Part shown: positions 1 through 9,104 of the stretch, piece by piece | How positions within the stretch are numbered: position 1 is the stretch's first letter | Layout of the letters: each line of letters opens with the position of its first letter | DNA from: Candidatus Poribacteria bacterium | GTDB taxonomy: Bacteria; Poribacteria; WGA-4E; WGA-3G | DNA: 64,000 nucleotides | Direction of reading: 5' to 3' | Assembly (NCBI GenBank): GCA_965242965.1 | Contig: OZ251518.1 | Span: 2,080,001-2,144,000 of the forward strand | Notes under the pieces: model-generated | Databases searched by the model: none | What the model saw: the letters and a program-made list of their open reading frames with translations, nothing else | Told to the model about the DNA's origin: nothing | Program-made: the position numbers and the translations under genes

Positions 1-1136
1 TTTTCGACAGCGGCTTCCCACTCTTCAGTAGGCAGATCATGTCCGATAGCCACGCCGCGGCTTCCCCATGCGAGTTCAGAAAATCCCGATGGCTTGATAA
101 CCAATTCGCGTTGCTTCTGAGTGATGCTACTGAGCTGCCGCCAGTCTGTCACAGGGAGTCCATCAATATCCAGACCGGGGATAACGGCGTGCGGTGGTAA
201 TGGCCGCGCGTCCAAAATCCACGTCTGTGGTATCACCTTTTGCAGGAACGGATAGGTTTTCTTGCCGAGTTGCCGTTTCCAAAACGGCTGTAGCGCGGGA
301 TGATGGAACAGCGCGAGGCACAACTTCTCCTCAAGGTATGCCTTCGGCGGTGGAGTCATGACGATGGTGCGTTTCTTCGCGCCATAGAGCATCAACTCCG
401 CCTTCGGAATGTTCGGCAAATCGAACAACTCGTAGAAGCGGTATAGCACGTCAATCCTAGCTTCATTGACATAGATGCTTTCTTCGGTGAAAATTATCTC
501 GTTCGGTTTGACGGTGCACGTCGACACGCCTGCCTCACAGAGCGCGGTTTCAAGCCACTTCATCTCTGCCCAATAATCTGCCGATTCGTCCGAAACGACG
601 ATGGCGAGACGAGGCTTCTCTTTTTTCGCGAGGGCCCGAATCATGTCGGCATACCCCTGCGCCATGCCGTCACTACCGCCGATAACGGAATAGCCGAGCT
701 GCGCATACAGCCGTGACAGACAGCCTGTCACGCCGATGAAGCCCGGAATGGAGTCCAACTCCGTGATTGCCATTCCTTCAGCAGTGGGAAGGATATCGGG
801 ACGAAGCACACCCGGTAGTTGACTCTTAAACCGGTTCATTCGTCCGTATTGGATAACCTGCTGAGGTTTGCCGATATCCAGATACTCGGCTACCCACGTA
901 GGTTGGATGCCGCGCGCGCTCTGGGAGTAAAGCAGGTTGCACGCCCGATAAAAATTCAACAGGTGTCCGCCGAGCTCCTCAAACCACCGAACCTCTTCGG
1001 CAGAAACCCAGAACGGTTCCGGTGAGATGCGCCACGAAGTGTTACAATCGGGATGGACATCCCGCTTCTCCCCGGAAAACAGCCGTGCCTTCGGAATTTC
1101 GTCATTGATAAATAGACATTTCGTTTTTGTATCCAA
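1..1136 (-). CDS. Conserved hypothetical protein, probable ATP-grasp/glutathionylspermidine-synthase-like fold (3' end runs off the window)
   Basis: Translated by hand from TTG at 1136 (AGGA upstream): MDTKTKCLFINDEIP...VLRPDILPT..ITELDSIPG..LYRFYELFD..EEK..LVIKPSGFSELAWGSRGV. Frame is open to the window edge, so it is absent from the ORF track. Confidence 0.6.
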   Translation of the reverse strand, partial: MDTKTKCLFINDEIPKARLFSGEKRDVHPDCNTSWRISPEPFWVSAEEVRWFEELGGHLLNFYRACNLLYSQSARGIQPTWVAEYLDIGKPQQVIQYGRMNRFKSQLPGVLRPDILPTAEGMAITELDSIPGFIGVTGCLSRLYAQLGYSVIGGSDGMAQGYADMIRALAKKEKPRLAIVVSDESADYWAEMKWLETALCEAGVSTCTVKPNEIIFTEESIYVNEARIDVLYRFYELFDLPNIPKAELMLYGAKKRTIVMTPPPKAYLEEKLCLALFHHPALQPFWKRQLGKKTYPFLQKVIPQTWILDARPLPPHAVIPGLDIDGLPVTDWRQLSSITQKQRELVIKPSGFSELAWGSRGVAIGHDLPTEEWEAAVE

Positions 1137-1165
1137 AATGTTTGTCCTATGATTCCATGAATAAC

Positions 1166-1500
1166 TGAGGATGTTTCATAACTCCGTTTCGGTAGTTATC
1201 CCCTTTGGGGAAGGACGAATACCAGAATCCATCGGGCCCACCTCTGTAGTTCGGGATCGCCCGATCCCGAACAGGTCAAGATCAGGCGATCTTGACCTAC
1301 AGGGGTAAGGCACTCTGACAGCCAAACGCATGGCGAGGGACAGGCCCTCGCCCTACGTGAAGGGCGGCATTTTTTCCCTATCGCGGGCCCCTGTCACCGC
1401 GACGTTGAGCGATTTATGAAACACCCTCATATAACTGCCGGTAGCCGCGATTTGAAACCGCGCTGCCCGACGTGCGCGCCGCCAAAGCGCGACTACGAGC
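1166..1500. repeat. REP mosaic bounded by inverted TGAGGRTGTTTCATA motifs
   Basis: GTAG-footed hairpins (gtagttcgggatcgcccgatcccgaac; gcgagggacaggccctcgccctac). Left end tgaggatgtttcata, right end tatgaaacaccctca at ~1415-1429. Confidence 0.85.
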
Positions 1501-1502
1501 TC

Positions 1503-3092
1503 TCACTCTGACAGCGCGACCTGCTTCACCAGATCGATCTGCTTCGCCGCGGTTAGCGTTTGCAAAACATCCCTCGGCACCGGGCTATCGACGTTAATGA
1601 GCATCACGGCGATTTCTCCGAGGCGCGAACGCCCCACGGTCATATCGGCGATGTTAATACCCTGGTCTCCCAGAATCGTGCCGATGACACCAATCATCCC
1701 CGGCTGATCGCGGTTGTAAATGAGCAGGATATACCCTTCCGGCCGCGCGTTGATATGAAGTTGATCGATGCGCACGATGCGAATGTCCTTGCGGCCGAAA
1801 GCAGTGCCTTCGATTACCGAATCCCCCCTGTCCGTGGTCATCGTAATCGCGATGGAGTTGGCGAAGTTAGCACCCGAATCGCTCTTAGTCTCCGTGACAG
1901 GAATCCCGCGTTGCTTCATTAGAAACGGCGCGTTTACGTAGTTCACGTTCGTCAACACCGGTGAGAGCATCCCTTTTTGCAAGGCGACGGTTATCGGGGT
2001 TACGTCCTCTTTCTGAAAGAGTGCCCCGCTATAGTGAATTTTCGCCGCCGAGATTTGCCCTTCAACAATCTGCGTTTGGAAACTCCCGATTCTTTCGGCG
2101 AGTTCCAGATAGGGTCCCAAAATATCAAGCGTCCTCGGGTCGATTTTCGGTTGGTTCACGGCGTTGGCGACAGGGAGCCCGCGGAGCGCGTTCATCACCT
2201 GCTGTGCGACTTCCACAGCGACGTGCTCTTGCGCCTCTGTTGTTGATGCGCCGAGGTGCGGGAGAGCCAGCACGTTATCTAAATGCAACAGCGGTGTATC
2301 TGTTGCCGGTTCGTTTTCAAAAACATCTAGTGCGGCACCAGCGAGTTGTTTCGTTTTTAAGGCGCGATAGAGGGCATCTTCGTCAATGATACCGCCGCGG
2401 GCGCAGTTAATCAGACGGCACGTCGGCTTCATCATCGCAAATTCTGCCTCACCGATGCTATGATACGTTTCGGCGTTGAGATGCGTATGCACCGAAATAT
2501 AGTCCGCCTCCTGAAAAAGCCGCTCTCGTTCAACGATTTGGATGCCGATTTCCTCCGCCGCACTGGCTGAAACATAAGGATCGTGCGCGATTATCTGCAT
2601 GCCAAACGCTTGCGCACGGCGCGCGACTTCTCTGCCAATCCTACCGAGCCCGACGGTACCGAAAACTTTGCCGTATAACTCAACGCCGATGAACCGGTCG
2701 CGCTTCCACGTCCTATTTTTCAGGGAAATGCCGGCAGGCACGAGGTTGCGTGCCAACGCGAGCAGCATCGCGATAGTATGCTCCGCCGCGGCGATGGTAT
2801 TCCCCGTCGGCGTGTTAACGACGAGAATCCCGTTTTGCGTCGCCGCTTCCACATCAATATTATCCACGCCGACCCCGGCGCGGCCGATGACTTTGAGGCG
2901 CGGTGCAGCCGCAATAATCTCAGCTGTCACCTTTGTCGCACTTCGGATGAGTAGCGCGTGGTAATCCCCGATGCACGCAAGAAGTTCCTCATCGGTGAGA
3001 TTCAGCGCGACATCCACCGCAAAATCGCCGTCCTCTCGTAAAACGTCTAAACCTCGCTGTGACAGCAAATCGCTGACCAGCACCTTATTCAT
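1503..3092 (-). CDS. serA: D-3-phosphoglycerate dehydrogenase (long form, ASB+ACT domains)
   Basis: GRAGVGVDNID, GLGRIG, INCARG and PHLGAST motifs plus C-terminal ACT. Start placed at MNKVLVSD. Confidence 0.97.
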   Translation of the reverse strand: MNKVLVSDLLSQRGLDVLREDGDFAVDVALNLTDEELLACIGDYHALLIRSATKVTAEIIAAAPRLKVIGRAGVGVDNIDVEAATQNGILVVNTPTGNTIAAAEHTIAMLLALARNLVPAGISLKNRTWKRDRFIGVELYGKVFGTVGLGRIGREVARRAQAFGMQIIAHDPYVSASAAEEIGIQIVERERLFQEADYISVHTHLNAETYHSIGEAEFAMMKPTCRLINCARGGIIDEDALYRALKTKQLAGAALDVFENEPATDTPLLHLDNVLALPHLGASTTEAQEHVAVEVAQQVMNALRGLPVANAVNQPKIDPRTLDILGPYLELAERIGSFQTQIVEGQISAAKIHYSGALFQKEDVTPITVALQKGMLSPVLTNVNYVNAPFLMKQRGIPVTETKSDSGANFANSIAITMTTDRGDSVIEGTAFGRKDIRIVRIDQLHINARPEGYILLIYNRDQPGMIGVIGTILGDQGINIADMTVGRSRLGEIAVMLINVDSPVPRDVLQTLTAAKQIDLVKQVALSE

Positions 3093-3132
3093 AGGGCTAT
3101 TTCCTCCGCATTTGAACATTCCTTCTTTTTAA

Positions 3133-3204
3133 ATTATAACACGTTCATGCGTAGCTTGTCAAGAAAAATTTCCGTTTGACATATTTAGGTTGGTGTGATA
3201 CAAT
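3133..3204. promoter_or_regulatory. Back-to-back sigma70 promoters
   Basis: Minus strand: TTGACA(3162-3157)-18-TATAAT(3138-3133). Plus strand: TTGACA(3176-3181)-17-TACAAT(3199-3204). Confidence 0.75.
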
Positions 3205-3296
3205 TGTAACATCTGCACTTTAACATCATAATGAAAAACCGATGGATGGGAAGCGTTCCAATGTGGAATTTCTCATCCAAACAGGAGGAAATTAAC

Positions 3297-3965
3297 GTGA
3301 ATAGAACTATTGCGATCAGCGTCTTCCTACTCGCTATCCTGATTGGATTCAGCGCGTTCGCGGGAACGCCTCAGGAATGGGGCAAGTGGAAGAAAGGCGA
3401 ACTGCTCCTTGAAAACCACAGCTTCGAGGAGGACATGGATGGAGGTTGGGATTTAGAGGACGGCGCGTGCTGTGACCGCGGCGGTTTGTATACCGTAGAG
3501 ATTGACAAGACGAACCCGCAACACGGAAAACATTCCCTCAAAGTCGTCGGGCACAAAGCCACCGGCACTGCCTGGCACGCCAAGATTAAGCAGTTGGATG
3601 TCTCAATGGAGGCAGGCGAGGAATACACGATTATTTTCTGGGCGCGCTCAGAAAAACCGCGCTTGGTGAGCATCAGTGTCCAAATGCAACATGATCCGTG
3701 GACGTTCTACCAAGGCGGCGACATCAACTTACTAGGACCCGAGTGGGAAGAGTATCACATCACTTTCAACGCCACAGCGGATGTGGAGCGCGATATGTGG
3801 GTAGGTTTGTCGATTGCCCAATCGGATACCGATTTCTGGATTGATAACTTCCGCTTCTTTGAAGGCGAACCGGAAGATGACCTGACGCGCGACGAACCTT
3901 TCGCCGTGGACGCGCACCAGAAATTGGCGACGCAATGGGGCGACCTGAAATCGGAACGGTTTTAA
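3297..3965 (+). CDS. Secreted carbohydrate-binding (CBM4/9-like) protein with Poribacteria-type C-terminal motif
   Basis: GTG start after AGGAGG, signal peptide, NHSFE..W..YTIIFWARS..WEEY..FWIDNF pattern, ends AVDAHQKLATQWGDLK. Confidence 0.75.
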   Translation: MNRTIAISVFLLAILIGFSAFAGTPQEWGKWKKGELLLENHSFEEDMDGGWDLEDGACCDRGGLYTVEIDKTNPQHGKHSLKVVGHKATGTAWHAKIKQLDVSMEAGEEYTIIFWARSEKPRLVSISVQMQHDPWTFYQGGDINLLGPEWEEYHITFNATADVERDMWVGLSIAQSDTDFWIDNFRFFEGEPEDDLTRDEPFAVDAHQKLATQWGDLKSERF

Positions 3966-4009
3966 CGTTCGCCCTACTTACGCAGCAGGCCCCCAGAAGG
4001 AGAAATTCA

Positions 4010-4759
4010 ATGCAAACATTCAAATTTTCGCTGTTAGCCCTAGGCGTATTGCTGGCGGCAACGTTCACAGGTTGTGATTCACCGATTACTGTCGGATTGC
4101 TCCCTGCCCCGGATAGCAGCACTATCCACGTTAGTGGTAGCGGTTCTGTCACCGGTGAGCCAGATCTTGCGATGCTCCGTTTAGGGGTAAGCGTTGAGCG
4201 GAAGAGTGTCGCCGAGGCGCGTGAGGAAGCCGCTAGCGCGATGACAACCGTGTTGGAGTCATTGACAGCAAACGGTATTGCTGAAACCGACGTTCAGACG
4301 CAGGCATTCAGCATCCGTCCCGAATACGACTACGATTACGACCGGGATCCGGTGCAGATTCTGCGTGGGTATCGGGTGAGCAACGATGTCAGCGCGAAAG
4401 TGCGGGATTTGGAGACGCTCAGCCAGGTCATCGACGATGCAGCGGCAGCGGGCGGCAATGTCGTGCTTATCAATTCCATTCAATTTATGATTGAGGACAA
4501 CACGGCGTTAGCGACGCAGGCGCGTATCCTTGCTGTCAAAGATGCTGAGGCGAAGGCGCAGACTTTGGCAAAAGAGAGTGGTGTTACTCTCGGAAAACCT
4601 GTCGCCATTTCCGAGCAAACCAACACCGCCGCGCCGCCTATTGCTTTTGATAGGGCATTAGCGGCTGTTGCGGAGGACGCGAGTGCCACGGCAACACCGG
4701 TGCAGGCCGGTGAGCTCACCGTCACCGTGAACATCACGGTGGTCTATGAGATCGAATAG
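4010..4759 (+). CDS. SIMPL/DUF541 family lipoprotein
   Basis: Lipobox FTGC; IHVSGSGSVTGEPD, SIRPEYDY, GYRVSNDV, AVKDAEAKAQTLA motifs. Confidence 0.9.
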   Translation: MQTFKFSLLALGVLLAATFTGCDSPITVGLLPAPDSSTIHVSGSGSVTGEPDLAMLRLGVSVERKSVAEAREEAASAMTTVLESLTANGIAETDVQTQAFSIRPEYDYDYDRDPVQILRGYRVSNDVSAKVRDLETLSQVIDDAAAAGGNVVLINSIQFMIEDNTALATQARILAVKDAEAKAQTLAKESGVTLGKPVAISEQTNTAAPPIAFDRALAAVAEDASATATPVQAGELTVTVNITVVYEIE

Positions 4760-4782
4760 CACTGCTGCGCTAGCGATGTAGG

Positions 4783-5506
4783 GGAGGATGTTCATATCTT
4801 GATGGATTTCCGGTAGGAGAGACCTTCCGGTCTTGATGCAAGCGGTTTCCCCGTAAGAGAGACCTCCTGGTCTCGATTATCCCGTAGGGCTTTTCTCCAT
4901 CCGTAGCGCGGGGGGCCTCGGATGCCACACGCGCATCCGAGCGGGTTTCCCCCGCGAGCGTTGGGGTGCGCGTGCACGCACGATGGCGAGGGCCTGTCCC
5001 TCGCTCTACGGTAACGCACGCCGTTTTTTCGGACGCATCGTTTTAGGTCTTTTAGGACCTACATGTCTATAGAAAAACAGATCTACCACCGTTTTCAAGG
5101 TCCATTAGGACCTTAATAAAACCCGCGCGGACCTGGCAAAACCTATTAAGGACCTAAAGGACCTTAGAATTCTTCGTAGCCTCACGTACTATAGACATTA
5201 AGGTCCTACGGACCTAAGATACGTTTTTTTCGTAGCGCGGGGGACAGGCCCCCGCGATCGCCATCGTTCCGATGTGTGTTTCCGCTTCTGTAGTTTGTGA
5301 TCGCCTGATCACAAACGGTTCAGGATCAGGCGATCCTGAACTACAGAGGTGATGCGGTCTGACACCAAAACGCATGGCGAGGGACAGGCCCTCGCCCTAC
5401 GTGAAGGGGAAGCGTTTTTTTCACCGCAGCGCGGGGCCCTCGGATGCCACACGCGCATCCGAGCGGGTTTCACCGCGACGTTGAGCGCAATATGAAACAC
5501 TCTCAG
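4783..5506. repeat. REP mosaic containing a four-box palindrome (5043-5217)
   Basis: Several GTAG hairpin families; ends gaggatgttcata and tatgaaacactctca. Confidence 0.85.
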
Positions 5507-5529
5507 GTAAGATAGGTCCGCCTGTTCCC

Positions 5530-6693
5530 TCACTGCTCATTTTTCAAAACAACAATCCGATTGCTGTTAGTGCCCTTCTTGTTATTGGAAACACCCCAGC
5601 AATTTGCTGTCTTCGTGAAGTGCTGCGAGTTAATCAGCAGCATCTCCGGCACCAAGCCAGCATCCATCGCCGCCCTAAGCACCTCATGCTCCAACGGGAG
5701 AGAGCCGTTTCGGATTTCGCCTACCTCAAACGCAATTCGGCCCCCGCGCCGCAAGACGCGCCGCAACTCAACAAACACGTCCCGCATCCGAGCACCCCAC
5801 GCCTCTAGCGACGTAAATTGCCACAGTTTGCGCGCGTCAACTTCTATGCCGCAAAACCACATCCGCAACCAATTGTCCTGCGCATAGTCAACCGTATCCA
5901 AAAACGGCGGCGATGTGACAACCAGATCTACTGATGCATCGGCGATTTGCGGTGTGTTATCAGCATTTTCAGTGAGCAACACGGGAACTTCATCCCGCCA
6001 AAAATGGGATGGCAGACTATGCCGCAATAACTGCTTGGATTTGCGGAGGATTAACGCCTTCGTATCCCGATACTCAGGCTGCTGCTGCCGTTTCGCATTA
6101 ATCTTTCGCTGCGCCGCAACCGAAGTCGCGAGATTCGGCGGCAACGTATAGACAGAGAAAAACCCTTTGGAATGTCCCGTCAGCCGACTACACGCCACCA
6201 TCTGTAACCATGCATCGACAGCGTCAAGTTGCGGAAACCGTTGGAAATAGGTGCGCCACCCGTAAATCTCCTGCAACGTCTTTTCATGGAAAAAGACGAG
6301 GAGTTCCGGATCGAGTTCGGCATCGGTAGACAGGTTAACTTCCTGCAACCGCGCTTCAACTTCTGTCAACGTCGGCGGATTCAAGCGCGGTTGTGTGAGG
6401 ACTTTGGACAGCGGGTTCACATCGTTGCCGATGACGCGATGCCCGTGCAACTGCGCCTCTATCAGCGTTGTCCCGCGCCCCATAAACGCATCATAGACGA
6501 CAGCATCGGGTTTGCAGAATTTCTGAATAAAATATGCGGGTAACTGCGGTTTGAAACAGGCGCGATAAGAGATTTCATGGAGTGAATGCCCGGCGCGCTG
6601 CTTCGCTGTCCAAAACTCGCCTTCGTGGGTTGGGATGTGGACTGAGTAGGTGTGAGGGTTGTGAAAATCAAGTGCCAATTGCATCGTCGCCAT
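5530..6693 (-). CDS. DNA methyltransferase, probable N4-cytosine
   Basis: SAM motif DAFMGRGT precedes catalytic VTSPPF. Confidence 0.85.
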   Translation of the reverse strand: MATMQLALDFHNPHTYSVHIPTHEGEFWTAKQRAGHSLHEISYRACFKPQLPAYFIQKFCKPDAVVYDAFMGRGTTLIEAQLHGHRVIGNDVNPLSKVLTQPRLNPPTLTEVEARLQEVNLSTDAELDPELLVFFHEKTLQEIYGWRTYFQRFPQLDAVDAWLQMVACSRLTGHSKGFFSVYTLPPNLATSVAAQRKINAKRQQQPEYRDTKALILRKSKQLLRHSLPSHFWRDEVPVLLTENADNTPQIADASVDLVVTSPPFLDTVDYAQDNWLRMWFCGIEVDARKLWQFTSLEAWGARMRDVFVELRRVLRRGGRIAFEVGEIRNGSLPLEHEVLRAAMDAGLVPEMLLINSQHFTKTANCWGVSNNKKGTNSNRIVVLKNEQ

Positions 6694-6732
6694 GAATGAT
6701 GTCCCTTCATCAAGATGAGACTCTTTGGACGG

Positions 6733-7605
6733 TTAGGAACCGTTCTGCACTAAACCCGTTGGCAGATGAGTTTGGAAAACAAGAAAATTTCCGTTAAAAT
6801 GGTGTTGAAGGTTGAAAATTTCCAGTTGTGAAAATAGATTTGAGCATTCCATTTCCTCAAAAGCAATCTCCATCTTATTTTTCTCTTGATCTAGAGCTCC
6901 ACTGCTGTGACATGGGACAGCAAAGTTCAACGTGTTATTACCGATTTGAGGATACTGATTCGGGTTCAAAATATTCGCGCCCGCTTTCACCTCGGTCATA
7001 ATACGGAAACGTAGCCGTACAGATGCATCTTCAATGTTCCTCGTTCTACTGAAAGTTTGCTGTTCACTGAATAGAGCCAACAACTTCTGTTTTAAAGAAG
7101 GCGACAAAGACTCGCCGAGTTCATTTAGCCGTTCCTCTAAGGCTTGACCAAACGACTCCGAAATCAGTGTTGAAACAGGAACTGTCTCAAAAAATTTCCC
7201 ATGTGTCAAAGCGACTTTTACGTCCGGCTCTCTTTTTCCACGAATCAGATAGAAAACCTGACGAATTGGCAGGGAAAGAATCTCGTTACCTGCGTCTTGC
7301 ATCTGTGTGCGAATGATGTTTTCAGTTCCCTCAATTAACTTCCGGATATCCTTTTCGCCGGTCGGAATCGTTGAATTAAAGGAAGCCACCGAATAGGATT
7401 TGCTATCCTTGAGTTCAATCAACTCTCCACCGCTAAAGAGACTATTACTGGGATTGAGTTTGATGGCCAGATCGGGAAAACGCCCTCTGTTGACGCAAGA
7501 TAACATCCTCTCATCAAAGGGAAAGGTATCAAGCGGATTCGCAGATAAGAGTTCTTCTGTGTTTAAACAGAGGTGGGCGAAAAAGTGGTAAATTGAGTGA
7601 GCCAT
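6733..7605 (-). CDS. Putative restriction endonuclease
   Basis: AT-richer ORF between two MTases; PD-(D/E)XK-like FPD...IELKDSK. Confidence 0.6.
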   Translation of the reverse strand: MAHSIYHFFAHLCLNTEELLSANPLDTFPFDERMLSCVNRGRFPDLAIKLNPSNSLFSGGELIELKDSKSYSVASFNSTIPTGEKDIRKLIEGTENIIRTQMQDAGNEILSLPIRQVFYLIRGKREPDVKVALTHGKFFETVPVSTLISESFGQALEERLNELGESLSPSLKQKLLALFSEQQTFSRTRNIEDASVRLRFRIMTEVKAGANILNPNQYPQIGNNTLNFAVPCHSSGALDQEKNKMEIAFEEMECSNLFSQLEIFNLQHHFNGNFLVFQTHLPTGLVQNGS

Positions 7606-8553
7606 CTATTGCTTTCCCTCAAAAAGTGCTATCTGTTTGGAAACAGTTGAACTCGGACGCGATTCCGTTGTCCCCCAAATCTTTGCCAAGTCTGGAGTGC
7701 AGATGTAGTCGTTAAAAAAGCGCGAAATATCATCGGCTTTTCGCTGTTCCATAATCCGATTCCGGATGAGCTCCACGTTGAACGCATCCAACTCAACACC
7801 GATCGATTTTCGCCCCAGTTGTTCGGCGACAACCAGCGTTGTCCCCGAACCAGCAAACGGATCGAGGACGACATCGCCCGGGTTTGTCGATGAGAGGAGG
7901 ATCCGCAGCAGGAGTTGAATCGGTGCCTGCTGCTTGTGCAGGCGATTGCCCTCGGCATCGCGCAACGCCTCATCGCCAGCAAAATAGCCCGATGTCAACT
8001 CACGGATATCGTCCCACACGTCGGTGACGAACACGCCGTTTTGCCGGGCATGTTTGTAGCCAGCGGGCAACGGCGGATCGATGCGCAGCCGATGGAAGAC
8101 ACGCGGCGTTTTCCCCTTCGTCCCGAACGCGATGACCTGGTAGTGTTTCCCAAACCGCTTCATCCCCGGCACCGCCGAGGTCTTCTTCTTCCAGATGAGG
8201 AGGTTCTGGAACGTCCACCCGGCTTCCCGCAAACAGCGCAGCACGAATTCGCTATTCTTCTCACGTTGCATGAAATAGAGCGCGCCGCCGTCAGAAGTGA
8301 GCGCGTAAATCTTCGCGCACACATCGCGCATCCACGCCCAATATTCCGCCATCGGCATGTTATCATCCCACGCGTTGTATGCCTTGTCCTGATTGAACGG
8401 CGGATCGAGAAACGTCGCGTCTATTTGAGACGCAAGGCCGTTTCCAGCCAAGGCAGTCGTGCAATTGGCCTCTAGCACAAAGCAGTGTGAGGTGAGTAAA
8501 TGTTTCATAAAAAATGCCGATGCGTGCGGCGAACTCAGGATGGACGCTGGCAC
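7606..8553 (-). CDS. Site-specific DNA methyltransferase (beta class, N6A/N4C)
   Basis: LDPPFN...DVWDDI...HKQQAP...VLDPFAGSGTT. GTG start overlaps the upstream TAG. Confidence 0.92.
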   Translation of the reverse strand: MPASILSSPHASAFFMKHLLTSHCFVLEANCTTALAGNGLASQIDATFLDPPFNQDKAYNAWDDNMPMAEYWAWMRDVCAKIYALTSDGGALYFMQREKNSEFVLRCLREAGWTFQNLLIWKKKTSAVPGMKRFGKHYQVIAFGTKGKTPRVFHRLRIDPPLPAGYKHARQNGVFVTDVWDDIRELTSGYFAGDEALRDAEGNRLHKQQAPIQLLLRILLSSTNPGDVVLDPFAGSGTTLVVAEQLGRKSIGVELDAFNVELIRNRIMEQRKADDISRFFNDYICTPDLAKIWGTTESRPSSTVSKQIALFEGKQ

Positions 8554-9062
8554 TATACCGTATACTGCTTCAGCGTGTCGTCATCCAGGTTCTGCAAGAG
8601 ATCCTTCGGGTCGCGTTTTCGCGCGCGTTCCAGTTCATTTTCGGGGAATCCGTGGTCTTCGATGACCTTTTCGGCGACGTAGATAGGCGCGTCGCATCGG
8701 AGCGCGAGGGCAATCGCATCGCTAGGACGGGCATCGATATGGTGCACATCGCCGTTCGTTCGCAGATACACCTGCGCGTAAAAAGTCTGCGTTTCCGCCC
8801 TGTGAACACAGACACCCGTTACCTCCCCCTCAAGTTTTTCTATCATCGTTTTGAGGAGATCATGCGTCATCGGCCGGGGAAGTGTCAAATTCTCCAACTG
8901 CATTTGGATGGCACCCGCCTCCGATTCGCCGATCCAAATCAGCAAGATGCGTTTGGATGCTCCCTCTTTCTCCTTCATCACGACTATCGGGGCACCTGTC
9001 CTCTGATCGAGGGTGAGATAGTGGATGTTCACTTCAACCTTGGGCTGTTGATTTTTATCCAT
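8553..9062 (-). CDS. Bifunctional nuclease family protein (DUF151)
   Basis: IWIGESEA, RPMTHDL, IDARPSDAIALA motifs. Confidence 0.93.
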   Translation of the reverse strand: MDKNQQPKVEVNIHYLTLDQRTGAPIVVMKEKEGASKRILLIWIGESEAGAIQMQLENLTLPRPMTHDLLKTMIEKLEGEVTGVCVHRAETQTFYAQVYLRTNGDVHHIDARPSDAIALALRCDAPIYVAEKVIEDHGFPENELERARKRDPKDLLQNLDDDTLKQYTV

Positions 9063-9104
9063 TTGTGAGTTCCTTATGATAAATCCTGTCGCGCCCTAAA
9101 AGCA

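Noticed and set aside
5043-5217. Four-box element as a mini-CRISPR array
   Set aside because: Boxes are in inverted orientation, spacers are homologous between distant copies (5043, 19680 and 57840), and there are no cas genes.
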